A stretch of 63,961 bases of DNA, counting the filler, from Octopus bimaculoides (taxonomy: Eukaryota), in the NCBI RefSeq assembly GCF_001194135.2. It is 4 parts of 4 records of this genome, joined end to end, with 100 filler letters (N's around TTAATTAATTAA, not from the genome) between each part and the next. Parts side by side here need not be neighbours in the genome. Positions count along the whole stretch, not along the records: positions 1 to 18,980 come from NC_068982.1; 3 more parts are not named here. One strand, written 5' to 3'. A model generated the notes under the pieces. It saw only the letters and a list, made by a program, of their open reading frames with translations. It was not told where the DNA came from and made no database searches. Positions 1 through 12,185 of the stretch are shown in pieces. Every line of letters begins with the position of its first letter. Positions within the stretch are counted from its first letter, which is position 1. Made by a program: the position numbers and the translations under genes.

Positions 1-74
<74 letters not shown>
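1..74. repeat. (TC)n microsatellite
   Basis: Pure TC dinucleotide run at the window start. Confidence 0.99.
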
Positions 75-78
<4 letters not shown>

Positions 79-330
79 ATTAGCTGCACAATCGGGATTA
101 GCACTCGATAATTGTCACATTACCCTTGACTTTGATAGAACTATCATTAATCTAACAGCTTAATCTCATTAAGCTAAGCAGATAATTGGCATTCACTCTA
201 TACACCCTGATACTTTCAGCATCTTAGCAACTTATACTGAGCAAAGATTTACAAATTTACTTGGTTTCATCTCATTAATTGCTTCATGGATTTCTGTAAT
301 ATTAATATCTCTCAACTAGATTAACAGTAT
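75..330 (-). mobile_element. Very degraded LINE (RTE-like) RT N-terminal remnant
   Basis: Manual minus-strand translation gives ITEIHEAINEMKPSK...VAKMLKVSG and, in another frame, CDNYRVLI. These resemble LINE RT motifs (AIxxMKxxK, NYRxIS). Many stops. Confidence 0.3.
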
Positions 331-993
331 CTTAACTTATAACTTCTTGTAATTATATACTAATGAAGGAAACTCCCAATATGGTCATTTGCTATACGAT
401 AAATACAGCTGGAACTCCTTAAAATTATATCTTGTCACCTTAAAAAAAGTTCTAGATCTATGGTCTTTGAGTAGGTCTTATCTGGCAAACTATCATTCAG
501 CTGCCTTATAAAAGTTAACCTGGGGTCAGTAGTATAGCTAAGGGGAAGGCAAGGGAGTAGTCTGCTCCATGTGACTCTTTTATGGAGAAGAAGTAGCACT
601 TTTAGGTTTTCTGTATAAATCTATATGGGCCTGGGGGGAAAACTTGAGTGATGTTATTGGTGGTATACATTCTAGCCATGCTACTGCCTACGCAACAACT
701 TTTTCTTCACATTCAGCCTTCCATATGAAGAGCATAGGGCTTCCGTTGATCAGTTTTGTCCAGGCTTTAGCTAGGCTTTGTCTTTTACTTGTTTCTTTCA
801 TTGAATTGTGGCCATGCTTGGGCACCACTTTCAAGGATTTAGTCAAGCAAAACAACTGCAGCACATATTTTTTTAAAGTCTGGTATTTAAAGTCTGGTAT
901 TTAAAGTCTGGTAGTGATTGCCAAAAGGTGGCAGGAGGCAAACACAAGAACACACACAAATATTTCTACATATATATATATATATATATATAT

Positions 994-1720
994 CATCATC
1001 ATCATCATCATCATCATCATTTAATGTCCGCTTTCCATGCTAGTATGGGTTGGACGATTTGACTGAGGACTGGCGAACCAGATGGCTGCACCAGGCTCCA
1101 ATCTGATTTGGTAGAATTTCTACAGCTGGATGCCCTTCCTAACGCCAACCACTCAGAGAGTGTAGTGGGTGCTTTTACGTGTCACCCGCACGAAGGCCAG
1201 TCAGGCGGTACTGGCAACGGCCACGCTCAAAATGGTGTATTTTAAATCCTTAAATAATATATATATCATCATCATCATCATCATCATCATCGTTTAACGT
1301 CCGCTTTCCATGCTAGCATGGGTTGGACGATTTGACTGAGGACTGGTGCAACCGGATGGCTACACCAGGCTCCAATCTAATTTGGCAGAGTTTCNNNNNN
1401 NNNNNNNNNNNNNNNNNNNNNNNNNNNNNNNNNNNNNNNNNNNNNNNNNNNNNNNNNNNNNNNNNNNNNNNNNNNNNNNNNNNNNNNNNNNNNNGACCAA
1501 TATATATATATATATTATTTAAGGATTTTCGAGCGAGATCGTTGCCAGTGCCCCTGGACTGGCTCTTGTGTGGGTGGCACATAAAATACACCATTTTGAG
1601 CGTGGCTGTTGCCAGTACCGCCTGACTGGCCTTCGTGCCACCCACACAAGAGCCAGTCTAGGGGCACTGGCAACGATCTCGCTCGAAAATCCTTAAATAA
1701 TATATATATATATATTGGTC
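994..1720 (-). mobile_element. Dispersed repeat family D ((ATG)n-tailed, RTE-type non-autonomous element); duplicated and partly inverted copies around a 100-N gap
   Basis: (CAT)n-TTTAATGTCCGCTTTCCATGCTAG...GGATGCCCTTCCTAACGCCAACC at 994-1245, repeated at 1266-1394. 1495-1577 is the reverse complement of 1637-1720. Confidence 0.8.
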
Positions 1721-1972
1721 CCACTCCTGAACTATATGGTTGTTATATTGATGACTGCATCGGTGTGACCTCACTCTCCCATGAGCAATCTAGACTACTT
1801 CCTCTCTTTTGTCCAATCTTTCCATCCTGCTCTCCACTTATCTTGCACTATTTCCGACACTTCTGTCGCCTTTCTTGACATTTCGGTCAGCATTCATCAC
1901 TCCACTCTCACCACCCCCATCCACTACAAACACAGACTCACACTCATACCTCAACTTCTCCTCCTCCCACCA
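1717..1972 (+). mobile_element. Penelope-like element RT fragment
   Basis: Frameshifted translation PTPELYGCYIDDCIGVTS / YFLSFVQSFHPALHLSCTISDTSVAFLDISVSIHHSTLTTPIHYK / TDSHSYLNFSSSH contains the YIDD catalytic motif and the PLE-typical FLD and YKxTDSHSYL thumb motifs. Confidence 0.85.
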
Positions 1973-2354
1973 TAAACAACAAAAGACACAAATGGAACTC
2001 CTGTCCAAGGTTGATTTATGCATTCGCCACCACAACCTCATTTAGGCTTAGCAGCCCTTCCTGTTTTTATCACTGTCCTGTTTGTGTTGCCAATTTTGAC
2101 CCTCTGCAAAATCCCAAATTTTATTTAATTTGCTTTGCGGGAGCAAATGTTTTATCGAAAGTGTATATTGTTGTTAAATACTTGAAATACAAGAGTAGAA
2201 AAACAGCTAATAACTGATGAAGAGTCGTTCTTTATGTTGTTTGTCTTGTTTTCAATTTGTGTCTTTTGTTGTTCGAAAAAATAGTTCATATTCCATGTAC
2301 TCATACTTCGTATTTTTTTGTTGTACACATTTCATAACGTCCTGTGCCCACATA

Positions 2355-2386
<32 letters not shown>

Positions 2387-2548
2387 NNNNNNNNNNNNNN
2401 NNNNNNNNNNNNNNNNNNNNNNNNNNNNNNNNNNNNNNNNNNNNNNNNNNNNNNNNNNNNNNNNNNNNNNNNNNNNNNNNNNNNNNNNTAGATGTAAGTA
2501 TGTACATATATGTATGTATATATTCATATATATATATATTATTTATAT

Positions 2549-2597
<49 letters not shown>

Positions 2598-3019
2598 ACA
2601 CATGCACACACATACACACACACATGCACGCGCACACATATACAGTGAGTTAGATCACATACCACAAGGCATTCTATTCAAGATCTCTGCCTAAGGTAAT
2701 TAATGTAATGTATGTCAATTACTAACATAATATAATATATTCTTCTATTTCTATCTGAAGGACAAGAATACATTAGGATACACTTATAGCTTTGCAATAT
2801 AATTCTATGTTATGAATGTCAGTGAAACTAGTGCTGTTTCAAGGTATGGATACACTAAGTAGTTATCCGGGGAAACATAAGTCTAGGGGCTCAATTCTCA
2901 TCTATGTACACTTGCTATCAAGAAGCGAATACTAATGCATTGATTTGCCTGGGAAGCTACAATGCTGCTGAGACAGCCCAGATGGAACTGATATTCATAA
3001 TGCTTTTTAAGTGTTATTG

Positions 3020-3250
3020 TGTTTAGCCCTGTGTCGGCCTCAATTCAGAAAGCCTATGATCAAAACTAAAGGAAATTTAAACTCATGATCATCATGTCTT
3101 TAATGTTTTCAGGCATTGTGTATCTAGGACGACATTATTCAATGTTTCCTTCTTCATTTTAAAGCCTGTTAAATGTAATACAAGAAATATTTGGCTGCAG
3201 TTTCTAGCTGGTTGCACAACCACATAGATTCTCTTTCATTGGCTCAAATT
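3020..3250 (+). repeat. Old dispersed repeat family E (related copies at ~21895-22095, ~26240-26370, ~29440-29640, ~50810-50870)
   Basis: Shared motifs GTTTAGCCC..., (A)GACCTATG and (G)ATATTTGGCTGCTATTTCTAGC...ACCACATAGA recur at these positions. Confidence 0.6.
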
Positions 3251-3564
3251 CAATTTATTTAACTGCTTCTTCAGTAAGTTCAGATTCAGCTTCCATTTCT
3301 CCAACATTGATAAAATAAGACAATTAATGAATAGTTTGAATCAGCTCATTTGACTAGATCCATTTTTCTGCAAAAAGTGGTATTATACTCAGTCAAAGAG
3401 GGAAAAAATCAATAATTTCTTGGTCTCCATTCAACCATCTTAACCTACTTAATAAGAGAAATCAAAATCTTTGTTATTTTAAAATTGTATATTTTCATTT
3501 TACATATGCGTGTGTGTGTGTGTGTCTTTTTTTTTTTTATACATACATACCTACATGCCATACA

Positions 3565-3595
<31 letters not shown>

Positions 3596-3671
3596 TTTCA
3601 TACATACAAATATATAGAATAAAACGATTTCGTTCTTATATCAAAAAGTTAGACCTGTTTTAATTTCACAT

Positions 3672-3721
<50 letters not shown>

Positions 3722-4756
3722 NNNNNNNNNNNNNNNNNNNNNNNNNNNNNNNNNNNNNNNNNNNNNNNNNNNNNNNNNNNNNNNNNNNNNNNNNNNNNNN
3801 NNNNNNNNNNNNNNNNNNNNNNNNNNNNNNNNNNNNNNNNNNNNNNNNNNNNNNNNNNNNNNNNNNNNNNNNNNNNNNNNNNNNNNNNNNNNNNNNNNNN
3901 NNNNNNNNNNNNNNNNNNNNNNNNNNNNNNNNNNNNNNNNNNNNNNNNNNNNNNNNNNNNNNNNNNNNNNNNNNNNNNNNNNNNNNNNNNNNNNNNNNNN
4001 NNNNNNNNNNNNNNNNNNNNNNNNNNNNNNNNNNNNNNNNNNNNNNNNNNNNNNNNNNNNNNNNNNNNNNNNNNNNNNNNNNNNNNNNNNNNNNNNNNNN
4101 NNNNNNNNNNNNNNNNNNNNNNNNNNNNNNNNNNNNNNNNNNNNNNNNNNNNNNNNNNNNNNNNNNNNNNNNNNNNNNNNNNNNNNNNNNNNNNNNNNNN
4201 NNNNNNNNNNNNNNNNNNNNNNNNNNNNNNNNNNNNNNNNNNNNNNNNNNNNNNNNNNNNNNNNNNNNNNNNNNNNNNNNNNNNNNNNNNNNNNNNNNNN
4301 NNNNNNNNNNNNNNNNNNNNNNNNNNNNNNNNNNNNNNNNNNNNNNNNNNNNNNNNNNNNNNNNNNNNNNNNNNNNNNNNNNNNNNNNNNNNNNNNNNNN
4401 NNNNNNNNNNNNNNNNNNNNNNNNNNNNNNNNNNNNNNNNNNNNNNNNNNNNNNNNNNNNNNNNNNNNNNNNNNNNNNNNNNNNNNNNNNNNNNNNNNNN
4501 NNNNNNNNNNNNNNNNNNNNNNNNNNNNNNNNNNNNNNNNNNNNNNNNNNNNNNNNNNNNNNNNNNNNNNNNNNNNNNNNNNNNNNNNNNNNNNNNNNNN
4601 NNNNNNNNNNNNNNNNNNNNNNNNNNNNNNNNNNNNNNNNNNNNNNNNNNNNNNNNNNNNNNNNNNNNNNNNNNGAGCACAGACTACTAACCCCAAGATT
4701 CCTAGTTCGATTCCAGGTAGTGACGTGAATAAATAAATATATATATATATTTATTT

Positions 4757-4830
4757 AATTCACGTCACTACCTGGAATCGAACTAGGAATCTTGGGGTTA
4801 GTAGTCTGTGCTCTAAACAACTACGCCATA
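4757..4830 (-). mobile_element. Short tRNA-derived SINE head (not a functional tRNA)
   Basis: Reverse complement TGGCGTAGTTGTTTAGAGC...AGTTCGATTCCAGG has A-box-like and B-box-like motifs, lacks a good cloverleaf and ends in an AT-rich tail. Confidence 0.65.
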
Positions 4831-5350
4831 TATATATAGTTGTAGAAATCTTGCCAGATCAGATTGAAGCCTGGTGCAGCCTACTGGCTTGCCAGTCCCC
4901 AGTCAAACCATCGAACCCATGCCAGCATGGAAAACGGATGTTAAACAATAATATATATTTTTATTTATTTAGTTATAATCCCATTAATATGTACAGAAAA
5001 AGATTTCTAGATTCAAAGAATAAAACATTTTTTTTTTTCCAATAACATTAACTATATCTAAATACGTTACATATTTATATCATTTTTGCAAAGAACAGTT
5101 GTTGTATTTGCAAACCTTGCTGCTACTAAATAATTGCTTTAATGGAACAAGCTCAATTCAAGTTGAGATTTTAAATAGCTTTCTCATAATTATTTTAGTG
5201 CAATTTAGTAGGGTTAATTTAACATGAATATTACTGTGTGAGTAAACTTACTTTGCTCTATAAGCTATTTGTTATGTAAGTATTATTATATTATATATAA
5301 GTTTCACTATAATTTTTAATTTAATAATTGTCATAATATAACTGAAGAAA

Positions 5351-5555
5351 GGTGGCAAGCTGGCAGAACCATAAGCATGCTTGGCAAAATGCTTAGCTGT
5401 CTATAGGCTCTGAGCTCAAATTCCACCAAGGTCAACTTGGCCTTTCATTCTTTCAGGGTTGATAAAATAAGAACCTATTGAGCACTGGGACTGATGTATT
5501 TTACTTACCTCCTCCCCTACAATTGCTGGCCCTGTGCCAAAATTTGAAACCAATA
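5351..5555 (+). mobile_element. tRNA-derived SINE family A (head GGCGGCGAGCTGGCAGAA; central CCTTTCATCCTTTCGGGGTCGATAAA domain)
   Basis: Matches the many family A copies in the window; CpG sites have decayed to TG/CA. Confidence 0.85.
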
Positions 5556-5599
5556 ATATAACTCAAAGGATCTGAATAATAATAATGATAATCCTCTCT

Positions 5600-5803
5600 A
5601 TTAAAGGCACAAGGCCTAAAATTTGAGGGGAGGGGACTAGTCGATTACATTAACCCCAATATTTCACTGGTACTTAGTTTATCGACCCCAAAAGGATAAA
5701 AGGTAAAGTCGACCTTGGTGGAATTTGAACTCAGAATGTGGAGACAAGCAAAACACCATTAAGCATTTCATCCAGCATGCTAATGATTGTCAGCTTACTG
5801 CCT
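5600..5803 (-). mobile_element. SINE family A, inverted relative to 5351-5555
   Basis: AAAGGATAAAAGGTAAAGTCGACCTTGGTGGAATTTGAACTCAGAA is the reverse complement of the family A core. Confidence 0.85.
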
Positions 5804-5954
5804 TTATGAATAACTAGCAGTAATACCCATCGTTAATTGGGTAATTACTTTTACTCCTTCTCAGAAACCACATTCAAATGTGCTATTATAAATATAGATT
5901 TACTCTTCCTGTATGTATGTATTTTATAAGAAAAAAAAATTAGTAGTAATAGTA

Positions 5955-6313
5955 GATAAAGAGAATAGAAAGTGCCAGATAATTGACTTTACAGTCCCAA
6001 ATGATGAAAAAATTAATATGGGAGGTATAGAAAAATAGCAAAGTACCAGGACCTAGCCATTGAATTGCAGAGACTATAGAAAGTGTGGGTAAAATGTATC
6101 CCAGTAGGTATAGGTGCATTAGGAACTCTCCCTAAAGATTTGAACAGATGGATAGAGGAAATAGGCATAAAACCCAGTTTAGTACCACTCCAGAAAACAG
6201 TGTTATTAGGGACAGCTAGGATACTTAGGAGGGTTCTTGGCAGCTAAGGTTACTTGTTGTAGCCCGATGTTAGGAATTTTTATTTTCCAACAGTCTAATC
6301 TGTTGTGTGTATA

Positions 6314-6362
<49 letters not shown>
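5955..6362 (+). mobile_element. R4/Dong-like non-LTR retrotransposon, 5'-truncated 3' end (RLE domain plus 3'UTR plus (AAT)n)
   Basis: Translation CQIIDFTVP...KYQDLAIELQRL*KVWVKCIPVGIGALGTLPKDLNRWIEEIGIKPSLVPLQKTVLLGTARILRRVL*, followed by an (AAT)n run. Confidence 0.85.
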
Positions 6363-6363
<1 letters not shown>

Positions 6364-6679
6364 CATCGTTTAACGTCCACTTTCCATGCTGGCATGGGTT
6401 GGACGGTTTGACTGAGGACTGGCAAGCCAGATGGCTGCACCAGGCTCCAATCTGATCTGGCAGAGTTTCTACAGCTGGATGCCCTTCCTAACGCCAACCC
6501 CTCCGAGAGTGTAGTGGGTGCTTTTACGTGCCATTAGCACGAGGGCCAGTCAGGCGGTACTGGCGAAGGCTATGCTCAAATGGTGTTTTTTATGTGCCAC
6601 CTGCACAGGAGCTAGTCCAGCGGCAGTGGTTCAAATGGTGTTTTTTATGTGCCACATGCACCGGAGCCAGTCCAGCTGC
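6362..6679 (-). mobile_element. Repeat family D
   Basis: CATCGTTTAACGTCCACTTTCCATGCTGGCATGGGTTGG...GGATGCCCTTCCTAACGCC, with an internal tandem unit ATGTGCCAC...CAAATGGTGTTTTTT. Confidence 0.85.
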
Positions 6680-7260
6680 AGGTAAAAATGTCACTATCCT
6701 CTGGAATTTTCCAGTCAACACCGACAGGACTATCCAGGCTAATCGACCAGACATAGTCATTAAAGACAGAGAAAAAGAATACTTGTAGACTAATAGATGT
6801 AAGTGTTTCCAGTGATAAAAATATATTTGTGAAGGAATTTGACAAATTAAGTAAATATAAGGACCTGGAAATAGAAATACAAAAGATGTGGCATTTCAAA
6901 GTGAGAACTGTTCCTGTTATTGTGGGTGCCCTTAGTATGATAAGAAAGGAATGTCAGAAACATCTAGATAATATCCCAGGAGAACCATGTCTCAGAGAAA
7001 TCCAAAAGATTATGCTGACAAGTACTGCCCACATCCTTAGGAAAACCCTATCAATTTAAATGTATGTGTTGTATTACATGAAGATATTTCACTACTGCCC
7101 CTGCCATTTGCCCTCCCCAAGCTTTCAGTCATACTGTAGCATCTCTTATCCTTCATTTGCCCTAGGATGCTGGGTGTTTCTCAGCGAGTAATTGTAATAA
7201 ACATGCAGATTAAAAGTAAATGATGATGATAATAATAATAATGATAATAATAATAATAAT
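6680..7260 (+). mobile_element. R4/Dong-like non-LTR retrotransposon 3' end, second subfamily
   Basis: ILWNFPVNTDRTIQANRPDIVIKD / LIDVSVSSD..KEFDKLSKYKDLEIEIQKMW...VPVIVGAL...LTSTAHILRKTLSI*. This is a PD-(D/E)xK RLE domain. The 3'UTR ends in (AAT)n. Confidence 0.9.
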
Positions 7261-8037
7261 TCACAAATTCGATATTTATACGATATTTCATACATACATA
7301 TATAAGTACCATATATTTTCCACAATTTCTACAATTTTTTTATATTAGTTGACTGCATTATATTATATCAAAACTAGGACATTATTCAACTGGCATTTCC
7401 CATGGTAAGGACAGAGCAAGTTAGTGAACTTTCTATAGTTTCCTCTTTCAAAATGTTTTTCCTTGAGGTCATATTCACCACATCAATATCTTTCATTTTC
7501 TTTCTTTTTCTATTTCTTTTCCCATTTGTAACTTAGTCACGTCAAACAATTTATTTAACATATATTTCTGAAGAGGATTTTTGTTTATTTATTTATTTTA
7601 TATTATCATTTGTGAATACTAGTGTTACAGGTTCCAAACAAGGAAATCATTGGTTCCCTTTATTTCTGGGTGGAAAGGGGGCAACATCCTGTTAAGGTAG
7701 TGTCCTTATCTCAATGCTGAACAAATACCTCAAGAAGCTCTGTTTGTAAAAGACTAATTTTTTTTCTCTCTTAAATTTATATCCTTCAGAGATACACATT
7801 AATGAAAGAAATGCACACACGTTCATATATAAACACATAATAACTTTCCACACAGTTTCTATCTGTCTGATTCTACTCACAGGCTATTGGTCAGTCTAAG
7901 GCTAAAATAGAAAATATTTACACAATATTTACCCAAATAATGCACATTGGGACTGAACCTGAAACCATGAGATTGCAAAACAAACTTCTTAACCACACGT
8001 TCATAGCTATCTTGAAATCAATAACGAAATTAATTAA

Positions 8038-8470
8038 GGTGGCGAGCTGGCAGAAACGTTAGCATGCTGGGCAAAATACTTAGTGGTATTTTGCCTATCT
8101 TTACGTTCCAAGTTCAAATTCCGCTGAGGTCGACTTTGCCTTTCATCCTTTCGGGGTCGATAAATTAAGTACCAGTTATGCACTGGGGTCGATGTAATCG
8201 ACTTAATCCCTTTGTCTGTCTTTGTTTGTCCCCTCTGTGTTTAGCCCCTTGTGGGCAGTAAAGAAATAAGAAATGTTAGCATGTTGGGCGAAATACTTAG
8301 TGGTATTTTGTCTGTCTTTACGTTCCGAGTTCAAATTCTGCCAAGGTTGACTATGCCGTTCATCCTTTCAGGATCTATAAATTGAGTACCAGTTGTGTAC
8401 TGGGGTCAATATAATCAACTGGCCTCCTCTCCCAAAATTTCAAGCCTTGTGCCTAGAGTAGAAAAGAATA
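8038..8470 (+). mobile_element. Two head-to-tail SINE family A copies
   Basis: GGTGGCGAGCTGGCAGAAACGTTAGC... at 8038 and a second copy starting ~8270; both share the variant AATACTTAGTGGTATTTTG. Confidence 0.9.
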
Positions 8471-9159
8471 AAGAAATTAACTACAAAAATAACCAACATA
8501 TATCAAATAGCCACTCCTATATCTCCCACCTTACTCCTCTCCATACTGATATTTCCCATTATCTTCAACACCACCCTTGCTCGTCTCTCACTATTAACCT
8601 CTAACCACTATCTTCACCAGTTTACTCCTCACTCATACTCCTATGAAAGCATTCACACTCTCTCATTCCCTACTATGATCCACTATCTTTATCTTCTCTT
8701 ATGCTCACCTTCTTGCTCCTTGAGAGTTTGCTCAGCACCCCACAACTATCTTTCTCTTATCTCCTTCAGCCATGAGCATCCTCTATACAGCAAGACACCA
8801 GTACTTGTCCCTCTAGCATACTCTATCCTTTCAACACCTGGCATAAAGCCACCCATCTCCATCTTCCCCTCCCAAATGCTTCTTCTCAGTGGGAGCTTTA
8901 TCCCTTTCCTTTGCATCAGTTCTTTTATGTCTGGCAAATTTTCATGGCAGCCTCACAAATTCCAGTGACATGTAAAAAGAATTCAGTATACTCTGTAAAG
9001 TGGTTGGCATTAGGCAGGACCTCCAGCCATAGAAACCATACCAAAAATTACCTTGGAGCCCGACACAGCCCTGCAGCTTGTTGGTTCCCTGTCAAACTGT
9101 CCAACTCATGACAGATTAGGAAACACTGCACATTAAAAATGCTTCTCATTTAGAAACTT

Positions 9160-9387
9160 TTAATCCTTTATCATTCAGATTGCTCTGCCATATGTAATGC
9201 TTGCTTGTTTACTTTGATTTGAATTAAACATGCATTATCTCTTAGCTTCAAGATTTCAGTGATCTGATTTTTGTTTTTAGAATTACATTGTAGGGTATGG
9301 GTGAGAAACCAGATATGGCTGGTTTGAACATGAAATAGGTGGAATATTTTAAGCTGGTTATAACCAGTTTAAATGCTAAAAAGTTAA
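9160..9387. mobile_element. piggyBac-type MITE
   Basis: TTAA-TCCTTTATCATT ... AATGCTAAAAAG-TTAA degenerate TIRs with TTAA flanks. Internal sequence is the reverse complement of 17928-18150. Confidence 0.7.
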
Positions 9388-10599
9388 ATTTGTTTGACTT
9401 ATGGTTTTTTTCCATGCTAACATTAGTTACATAAATGTGCTATAGAGACGTTGTTTTATAGTTGCATACCCTTTCTGACACTAACCTTTATCTATTCTTC
9501 AAATAAGGAGCCTCTTATTTCACAAGGCTTTGAAGGCATGAAGCAAGTGGACAAATTATTGATATGAGAAATTCCAACAAACAACAACAGCACAACTCAA
9601 AAGCCATAAATTTGGAATGAGTAAATGTTGATGTCAACAAACAGAGACACACCCATATGTACTCACAATTCAGTTTAGCTATACTATTTTATTGTAATAT
9701 ACTATTTTTGGCTATTATTTTTCACATGAGTATATTATTAAAACACATATATTTCTTTACTTCGGTATAGACTATTATTTATATAACCTAGTTAAGATAC
9801 AATTAGTGGCTTGCAATTTTTGTCTGCTTTTTCAAACAGCAGACCTCACTTTCTAATCTAACGTGCATTAAAAAAAAAAAGCTTCATGTTGAGTCATGCT
9901 AAACAATAATGGTTATGTCCTTAAGGGATTCTCCTTAAGGAACTCTATATGTACTAGTTGTCGATAGGTGTTTTTGGATTATTGCCACATTTACTGTTCA
10001 CATCACCTCCAAGATTGTGATCAATACTAATCCAGTAAAATGTTGCTAATTTGTGGTTTAATGGATTTCATATTTCATATGATTTAATATTTTGAGAGAA
10101 CTCAGGTATGTGACTACCATCCTGTGCAATGGAGCCACTATTGGTTTATATTTTTTCTGTTTCTATTAATAGATGTTATTAGGTGCAGTGTAACCAAATG
10201 GTTTAAGAAGTTTGCTTCTCAATCACAAGTTCCAGGGTTCAATCCCACAAAATGGCATCTTGGGCAAGCATTTTTTACAATGGACTTGAGTCAACTCATG
10301 CTTTGTGAGTTAAATTTGATAAATGGAAATTGTGCGGAAGCCTATTGGATGGATTGTATCAGTAATTCAAGAATACAAGCACATCCTCATCCTATGCCAT
10401 ACTAATTCTGTTTGAAAATTATTCTAAGAGAAGATCAGACAACCTGATGCATTCATGACTGTACAGTTAAGTTGCAAGGGTTCCTTTGCAGATACATAGC
10501 TGGAGTTGTAACTATAAATGATTTCCTTCAGATATTGTAGTTGGTCTCTGTTGCACATGGGGGTGGGATACAGAATTATTGGCTTTAGTAATGTGTGGA

Positions 10600-10862
10600 A
10601 TCATGTCTGGTCAGCTCACTGCCATCAATTCACCACTGGGAAAGTTCACCATGCGATGTTTTGACATGCTTTTTCAACTTCAATTTTTCTCTCATTTTTT
10701 TCTTTTCAATAAAATAGTTTTTAACTATTAATGGTGAGATACTATGGAAATATTTTTTCAGTAAACTTTCCTCACAGTGAACTTTCCTCATGGTGAACTT
10801 TCTTCGGGGTAAATTGATGGTGGTGAACTCTCCTGCAATGAACTGTTGGAGATGAACCTACC
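10600..10862. mobile_element. Degenerate foldback/MITE with TTCACC subterminal repeats
   Basis: CCATCAATTCACCACTGGGAAAGTTCACCATG (10622) faces the reverse complement CCATCAATTTACCCCGAAGAAAGTTCACCATG (~10790-10821). The right arm has tandem GTGAACTTTCCTC units. Confidence 0.5.
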
Positions 10863-12185
10863 TGTAATCATATGGAATATAGTATAGCATAACACAGGTT
10901 TATATTCCAAAGAAGAAGAAGCTTCAAGGGTTGTGAGGTTGTGAGAAGAAGAGGCTTCAAGGGTGATTGCAGGTGAGATCAATGTCATTATGAAGCCTAT
11001 AGAAGTTGGTATGAATTTCAGTCTAATCAGAGTGTTTTCATCAATTCAGTTTTACATGTTGATAGTTGAGAGAAAGTGTAAGAAACAAGAATATTTGAGT
11101 TGCTGCTAACCCCAGTCACTGACTGCTTTGATAAACTTAAGTGAAATAATCTAGCATCAGAAATATCTTTCATAATCCAACCAAAAATCCCAACAAAATC
11201 GAAGAGAGAAAACATACAAGTTTACTGTCACATAAGAGTCCATAAAATATGGACTCATTTAAATTGAAAGACAGCTAAGAATTGTTACAGAGTGGATTCA
11301 TCAACAGGCATCTAAGAACCAGAAAGTGTTTTAAAGGTGATTATAGATGTAACCTTATAATAAATAAGAATGGCTAAAGTAATTTCAGTGTTATGAGGTA
11401 GTTTTTATTAGATTCAAAGAACCTCACAACTCCATAAATGACTATTTTGTTAAACCAGTCTCATTCTCAGTACACTTACACTGACTGTAAAAACCAGAAT
11501 TTTCCAATTTTTTCTCATTAGATTAACCTTGAATGTTTACATTCATACCTGAAAGATTGATTGCAGGTGTAACTGAGGTGAAAATAGACAAACTTAGAAG
11601 ATGCAAAAACTTATCCAAGGAGGAACACTTCACATGTGATAAAAGGTAAGAAATCTGAGTTTGGAATTAAGTTATCCAAATTCCTAAATTTTTAAAAAGG
11701 AAACCTGAAAGAAAGGAAACAAAATAGCAGAGAAGGAAAATAAATAAAATTAGAAAGACAAAAATAAGTGAGAAAGAAATATGAGAAGACATAATGTATA
11801 GGAAGCAGTGACTGAATGGAAGCAAAACAACATTAGCTAGACAGATTTATTCCGATATAGTTGAAATGGAATTAAATTTAGGAAAGAAGGGAAGAAAGAG
11901 AAAAAAAGAACAGAAAGAATAAAGCTCATTAAAAAATTGATCTTGTCTTTTGCCATTGGTTTCTTTAGAGAGGAAGGGTATATGATGACATTGACAAAAA
12001 GATTATTAAAATTTAGAGTGTTAATAAATTGTTTTAATTGACATTAAAATTTTGGGAGGTGGTGCAGAAAGTGACAAAAGAAAATGTTTTTGTTTTGATT
12101 GTCTGAAAATCTTTAACTAAAAACTGTAGCTTAATTAATTATATCCCCAACATCGTGTGTGTGTGTGTGTGCATTTATGTATATA

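Noticed and set aside
872-913. Three tandem copies of a 14-bp unit (TTAAAGTCTGGTAT); similar short triplet at ~41630-41685
   Set aside because: Direct tandem slippage with no spacers; not CRISPR-like.
1190-1720. Nested direct and inverted duplication of repeat D (1495-1577 is the reverse complement of 1637-1720)
   Set aside because: It abuts a 100-N gap, the junctions are abrupt and the copies are nearly identical. A mis-assembly of two haplotypes is more likely than a real foldback.
4675-4813. Near-perfect ~139-bp palindrome of a tRNA-like SINE head centred on (AT)n
   Set aside because: It starts exactly at a gap edge and pivots on a self-complementary (AT)n, a classic assembler turn-around. 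Long reads would be needed before calling it a hairpin or miRNA locus.
4757-4830. Possible tRNA gene
   Set aside because: It has A and B boxes but no convincing acceptor stem, and the apparent anticodon ACT is not a normal eukaryotic tRNA. Treated as a SINE head.
8480-8940. Pyrimidine-rich stretch with short ORFs, possibly an old LINE
   Set aside because: No diagnostic motif could be recovered by eye.
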